In this document: positions 59,862-64,000 of the stretch, piece after piece
Position numbering within the stretch: position 1 is the stretch's first letter
How the letters are laid out: the number at the start of each line of letters is the position of its first letter
Assembly (NCBI GenBank): GCA_043228905.1
Contig: JBHGNT010000002.1
Location: forward strand, 12,462,001-12,526,000
Direction: 5' to 3'
Source of the DNA: Azolla caroliniana
Taxonomy: Eukaryota > Plantae > Polypodiophyta
DNA length: 64,000 nt
The notes under the pieces: generated by a model
Seen by the model: the letters and a program-made list of their open reading frames with translations, nothing else
Databases searched by the model: none
What the model was told of the DNA's origin: nothing
Made by a program: the position numbers and the translations under genes

Positions 59862-62800
59862 CTAAGGGTATCACGACAAAGGCAATGGAAAACTACAAAA
59901 TCGTATAAATCCCTCCACACTCATTTGAGAGACTTGGACATTAACCGATGTAAGACCCAAGAGAAGGACGGTGGCGGCGAGGAAGCAAGGGTTGAAGCTA
60001 GTGCATGCAACAAGGAAGTCATGGTCAACTCCAAAGTATATCACGAAAGTAGAAAAAGTGAGAAGCATGAAATGTGTTTACTTAAGGACCTCGAGATGAG
60101 CATGCAGTTGCAGAATGAACCACTATGAGTACTCAACAATAGTATTTCGATAAGTCCTTTGAAAGGCATGCATGGAACAAGAAAGGATGATAAAAGAAAG
60201 TTAGATGACCAAGGAGATGGTCGAGATGAAGGTGGCACAAGCACAAAGCATGAAGCATTATGCTCTACAAGATAAAAGGGAGCTATGGCAACCAATGATG
60301 GAAATGCAAAGAGTGACCGAAGAATATGGTGGATCGGATGGCAACGGCGGTTCGGGTATAAAGAAGAAACATTGATGAAGTAGAATATCGGTGGATGTGC
60401 AGGTTTGGTGGGGGTGAATGTCGTGTGGTTTTTCACACACGATATGAAAACTAGTAAAAAAATTATTTAAGATAAGCTTAATGTATTTATATTGAAAGAT
60501 GGATGTCTTCAAGAGCTTTATAACATATTTTACAACACATGAAACGGATAAACAAGTGTCAAGTTATGTGACTATGAAGTTTGAAGAAAAAAATAAAAAA
60601 GACAAACTGTGAGATATCCCACATAGATAGGACAACATTGGAACCCAGGATATATAAGGAAACCAAAACATATTCATTCTATCAATGTGTGGAGCACAGA
60701 ATGTTCAAGGTGGCTTGGGCTACGTTGTGTGGTGTGCATACTTCGGGCGTACGCGCGTATGCACGGTTGTGTCAACGCTTCGGGCATACGCGCGTGTGCA
60801 CGGCCGCATGGATGTTTTCAGATGTATGTGCGTGGCTTGGGCTACGTTGTGTGGTGTGCATACTTCGGGCGTACGCGCGTATGCACCGTTGTGTCAACGC
60901 TTCGGGCATACGCGCATGTGCACGGCCGCATGGACGTTTTCAGATGTATGTGCGTGTGCAAGTTTCGGGCGTACGAGTGCACGGACGCGTGTATGCGGAC
61001 GAGCGTGCGGATGTGTACATGGCGCGGTCGAGACGCGCGTGTGTGTCAATGCGTACACGACGTGGTTGGGACGCGCGTGTGCGTGGATGCGTACATTGCG
61101 CGGTTGGGACTTTTGCGCGCAGACGTGTCTATGGTTTGGTTACGACGCACATACAGATTGTGCACGGGCTAAACTTTATGGATGATTGGGTCATTTGGCC
61201 AAATTATACGGACGGTCGCATGCAACTAAAAGCCAAGGCCATGCAACTAAAAGTAAAAGGCATGCAACTAAAAATGGAAGCATGCAACTAAAAGTAGAGG
61301 CCATGCAACTAAAAGTGGACATCCAAAGTAACATTGGGAAGGAGAATAAGAAAAGAGCTCGATATATGTTCCATTTTTTTCCTTCTACCCTTTTTTGACC
61401 CTTCTTCTCTCTCTCATTCCTTGGGGAAGAAATTTCTCTCATATTGATATCGGACCACTCCTTATATGGGTTGGCTCCTTCCTTTCAAGAATAATCTCTC
61501 ATATTCATATTGGACCACTTCTCAGATGGTTGTTGGCTCCTTTCTTTAAAAAGTTTTTTCTGTCATTTTCATCTCAAACCTGTTGTAACAAGATTCTTGA
61601 ATTATAAAAGAATCTATTTTCTTATGCAATAAACTAACGTTTTCTCTCATGTACTCGACTTATATGTGAATTGCTTGTGTTGTACATGTTGCACTAAATC
61701 CTTCTAGTCTAGAACCCCGGCGGTTCCACCTCACGATCCGCACATAGTGACGGATTTTCATGACAACGTCGGGGAAAAAGGGAAACTAATGAACGTGTTA
61801 CACATCCCGAAAATTACGAAGAATCTGGTGTCGGTCGGACATATCGTCAACCAGGGGATGAAAGTTCGGTTCACACATCTCGAGTGCTTCATCGAGGAAG
61901 AAGGCCAAGTTATTGCGCAAGGGCGCAGATATGGAAGGATGTTTATCCTCGACACCCATGACGTGGGCACCGCCATGTTCGCAAAAGGACAGAAAGTTGA
62001 GTTGGATATTGACTTGTGGCTTAAGTGGATAAGCCACGTCAACTACCAAAGGCTTCAAGACCTGCAATCGAAACAAGTTGTGTTCGGATTGCCAAAATTC
62101 GGTGGTCGAAAGGCCCAAATTTCTGAAGCTTGCTAGTTAGGGAAGCAACACCAACTTCCTTTCCCAAACAAGCGTAATTGGAGTCAAAATAAGCTCGACC
62201 TGATACTTTCAGATGTATGGGGACTGGCACAGAACGTGAGTCTTGGCGGGAGGCGATATTTCGTCTCCTTCATCAACAACTACACTCGACATAGATGGAT
62301 CTACCTCATCGAAAAGAAGAGTGAAGTCTTCGACTGTTTCCAGAACCTCAAAAATCTTGTCAAAAGGGAAAAAGGGAGGACGATCAAGTGCCTGCTATCG
62401 GATGGCAGAAAAGAGTACTTTTCTAGCCAATTCAACAGTTATCTACAACAAATGGGAATTCGACGCGAATTTAGTTGCAGGTATACGCTGGAGCAAAATG
62501 GCGTAGCCGATAGGAAGAATCAGTCGGTTGTGGAAACGGCGCGGGCAATGCTGGAAGAAAAGAGCATGCCCAAGTTCTATTGGGCCGAAGCGGTCTGAAC
62601 CGCGGTCTACATCTAGAATCGGATCGGAGAAAAGTGTCAGCACATGAGTTGTATTTCAAAAGGAAGCTGAATCTACGCCACTTGAGGGTTTTCGGTAGCA
62701 TCGCATATGTGCATGTGCCAAAGGAGAAGCAGAGGAAGCTAGACGCGAAAGCCGAGAAGTGTATCTTGGTCGGCTACTCAAGCAAACAGAAGGGTTATAA

Positions 62801-64000
62801 GTGTTATAACCCCCAAAGCAAACAAGCTTGCGTAAGTCGCGATGTCGTGTTCAATGAGTCTTTGTCTTGGTATTTACCTCCCACTACGGACCTCAACTCC
62901 AATCCAAGTTCTGAAGATGTGTTCAGCGAGGCTGAGATGTCCCTTGATGAACGCAAAGTCGAAACTCTTGAACAGAGTCCGATCTGATTTCGGCTAATTG
63001 GACCGAATGAGCGACTGAGTCAGTTTGACCAGTCAGATGAAGAGCCGGCGAATGGTAGAGACTCGGTTGTGCATTCCCCGCCCAGGAAGCCGAAGAGACG
63101 GCTTACGCGCAAAGAAAAGGGAAAGAAGAAGATGTCGAAGTACATCACAAATAGGGACGAGTCGGATCCACGTGAATCCGACTCCGAGAAGAGCGATGAC
63201 GGGCCTTCAAGAGTGAAGCCCGCATCTGCTAGAACGGCCTCAACATCGGCTAATGAGCATTTACGCCGATCTACCCACCAAAAGAACCTAGTTGTGCGGT
63301 TCGGATAAAACGAGTACATGGCACATCACTATGCATACATGACACGTGTAGCCCTTTGTCCACGAACGTGTCCTCTCTGGTGAAGTTGAACTTTAGTATG
63401 TTTCGATAGATCGACAGATTCACGCCGACATTTTCACCAACCCCCTTGGTCTGGACAAGTTATGGAAATTCTCGGGTGCATTTGGGTTGCGGCACTTCGA
63501 CGTGCCGAACTTGAGGGGGAGAAAAGTCCCGCAAGACCACGGAAAGGAGCAGGAAAGGAGCGGAAGTGACTGTGACACCAAATTGGATGACGAATTCGAT
63601 TTAGTGGCAGCTGAAGAAGGCAAAGGGGGATCCGCGGAAGAGTCTGGAAGTGAATGAGAGGGCAACCGCCGAAAGAAAGAGCTGGAGCCAACCAAGCATG
63701 GGGGAGATGAAGCAAACAAGGGCGAGAAGGCCAAGATTGAGGACGAATTCGAGACAACCAATTCGGGCAAAAGCGGAGACGAATCGGAGGCAACTGATTC
63801 GATTTGGATGTTTGATTCGGAGACTCCAAATCAACTGAAGGCCAAGCGGAAGAAAGGGAAGCAAAAGAGGCACCAACATCATGACAGCAAAGGAGCTGGA
63901 AAAGGCTGCACAAGCAGACAAGCCGACCGTAAGGGTCGAGGCACGCAGAATCGAACGGGTTGACGAGCACGAGCGAGGCATGAAGTAAAGAGAAACCGGA

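Larger units (their letters stand above)
50087..61765 (+). mobile_element. Non-autonomous gypsy element G (gag remnant only, long LTRs)
   Basis: 5' LTR 50087-58421 (interrupted by H); 3' LTR 60419-61765; 4-bp TSD ACGT; PBS TGGTGAACCCGACGTGAA at 58430-58447; no pol. Confidence 0.9.
49336..64000 (+). mobile_element. Copia F (family of C), internally deleted, host of G and H; runs off the window
   Basis: 5' LTR 49336-49718 similar to C LTRs; protease WYLDFRASNHM; coding resumes at 61770 (SHV|GEKG); integrase 62150-62900; RT deleted at ~63355. Confidence 0.9.

Noticed and set aside
60581-61291. Cys/Arg-rich ORFs in several frames
   Set aside because: They lie in the G LTR and are built from GT/CG-rich and ATGCAACTAAAA repeats; no domain signal

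Overview
Repeat-saturated eukaryotic DNA, probably from a non-seed land plant (inferred from spliceosomal introns, plant tRNA-iMet and tRNA-Trp primer sites and the transposon families present). No clear host gene is present. The window is a deep nest of Ty1/copia and Ty3/gypsy LTR retrotransposons, a 5'-truncated LINE, and two large cargo-carrying DNA transposons of the Sola-like DDD type. The most striking system is at ~13.2-20.9 kb: an intact 926-aa transposase lies head-to-head with a spliced gene encoding a ParB/Srx-like domain fused to a beta-class N6A/N4C DNA methyltransferase (motif DIPY). Intron 1 of that gene holds a 51-bp-phased array of about 12 near-perfect palindromes. A second, complete Sola2-like element (31235-41771; GGG-terminated TIRs, CTTT target duplication) carries RING-like and FCP1-like phosphatase cargo and intronic arrays of its own subterminal palindrome. 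A tRNA-Trp-primed gypsy lineage with 4-bp CG-centred target duplications occurs as an autonomous-type and non-autonomous pair; the former has a slippery site plus pseudoknot -1 frameshift signal downstream of the protease. All family assignments come from reading motifs by eye; no searches were run.
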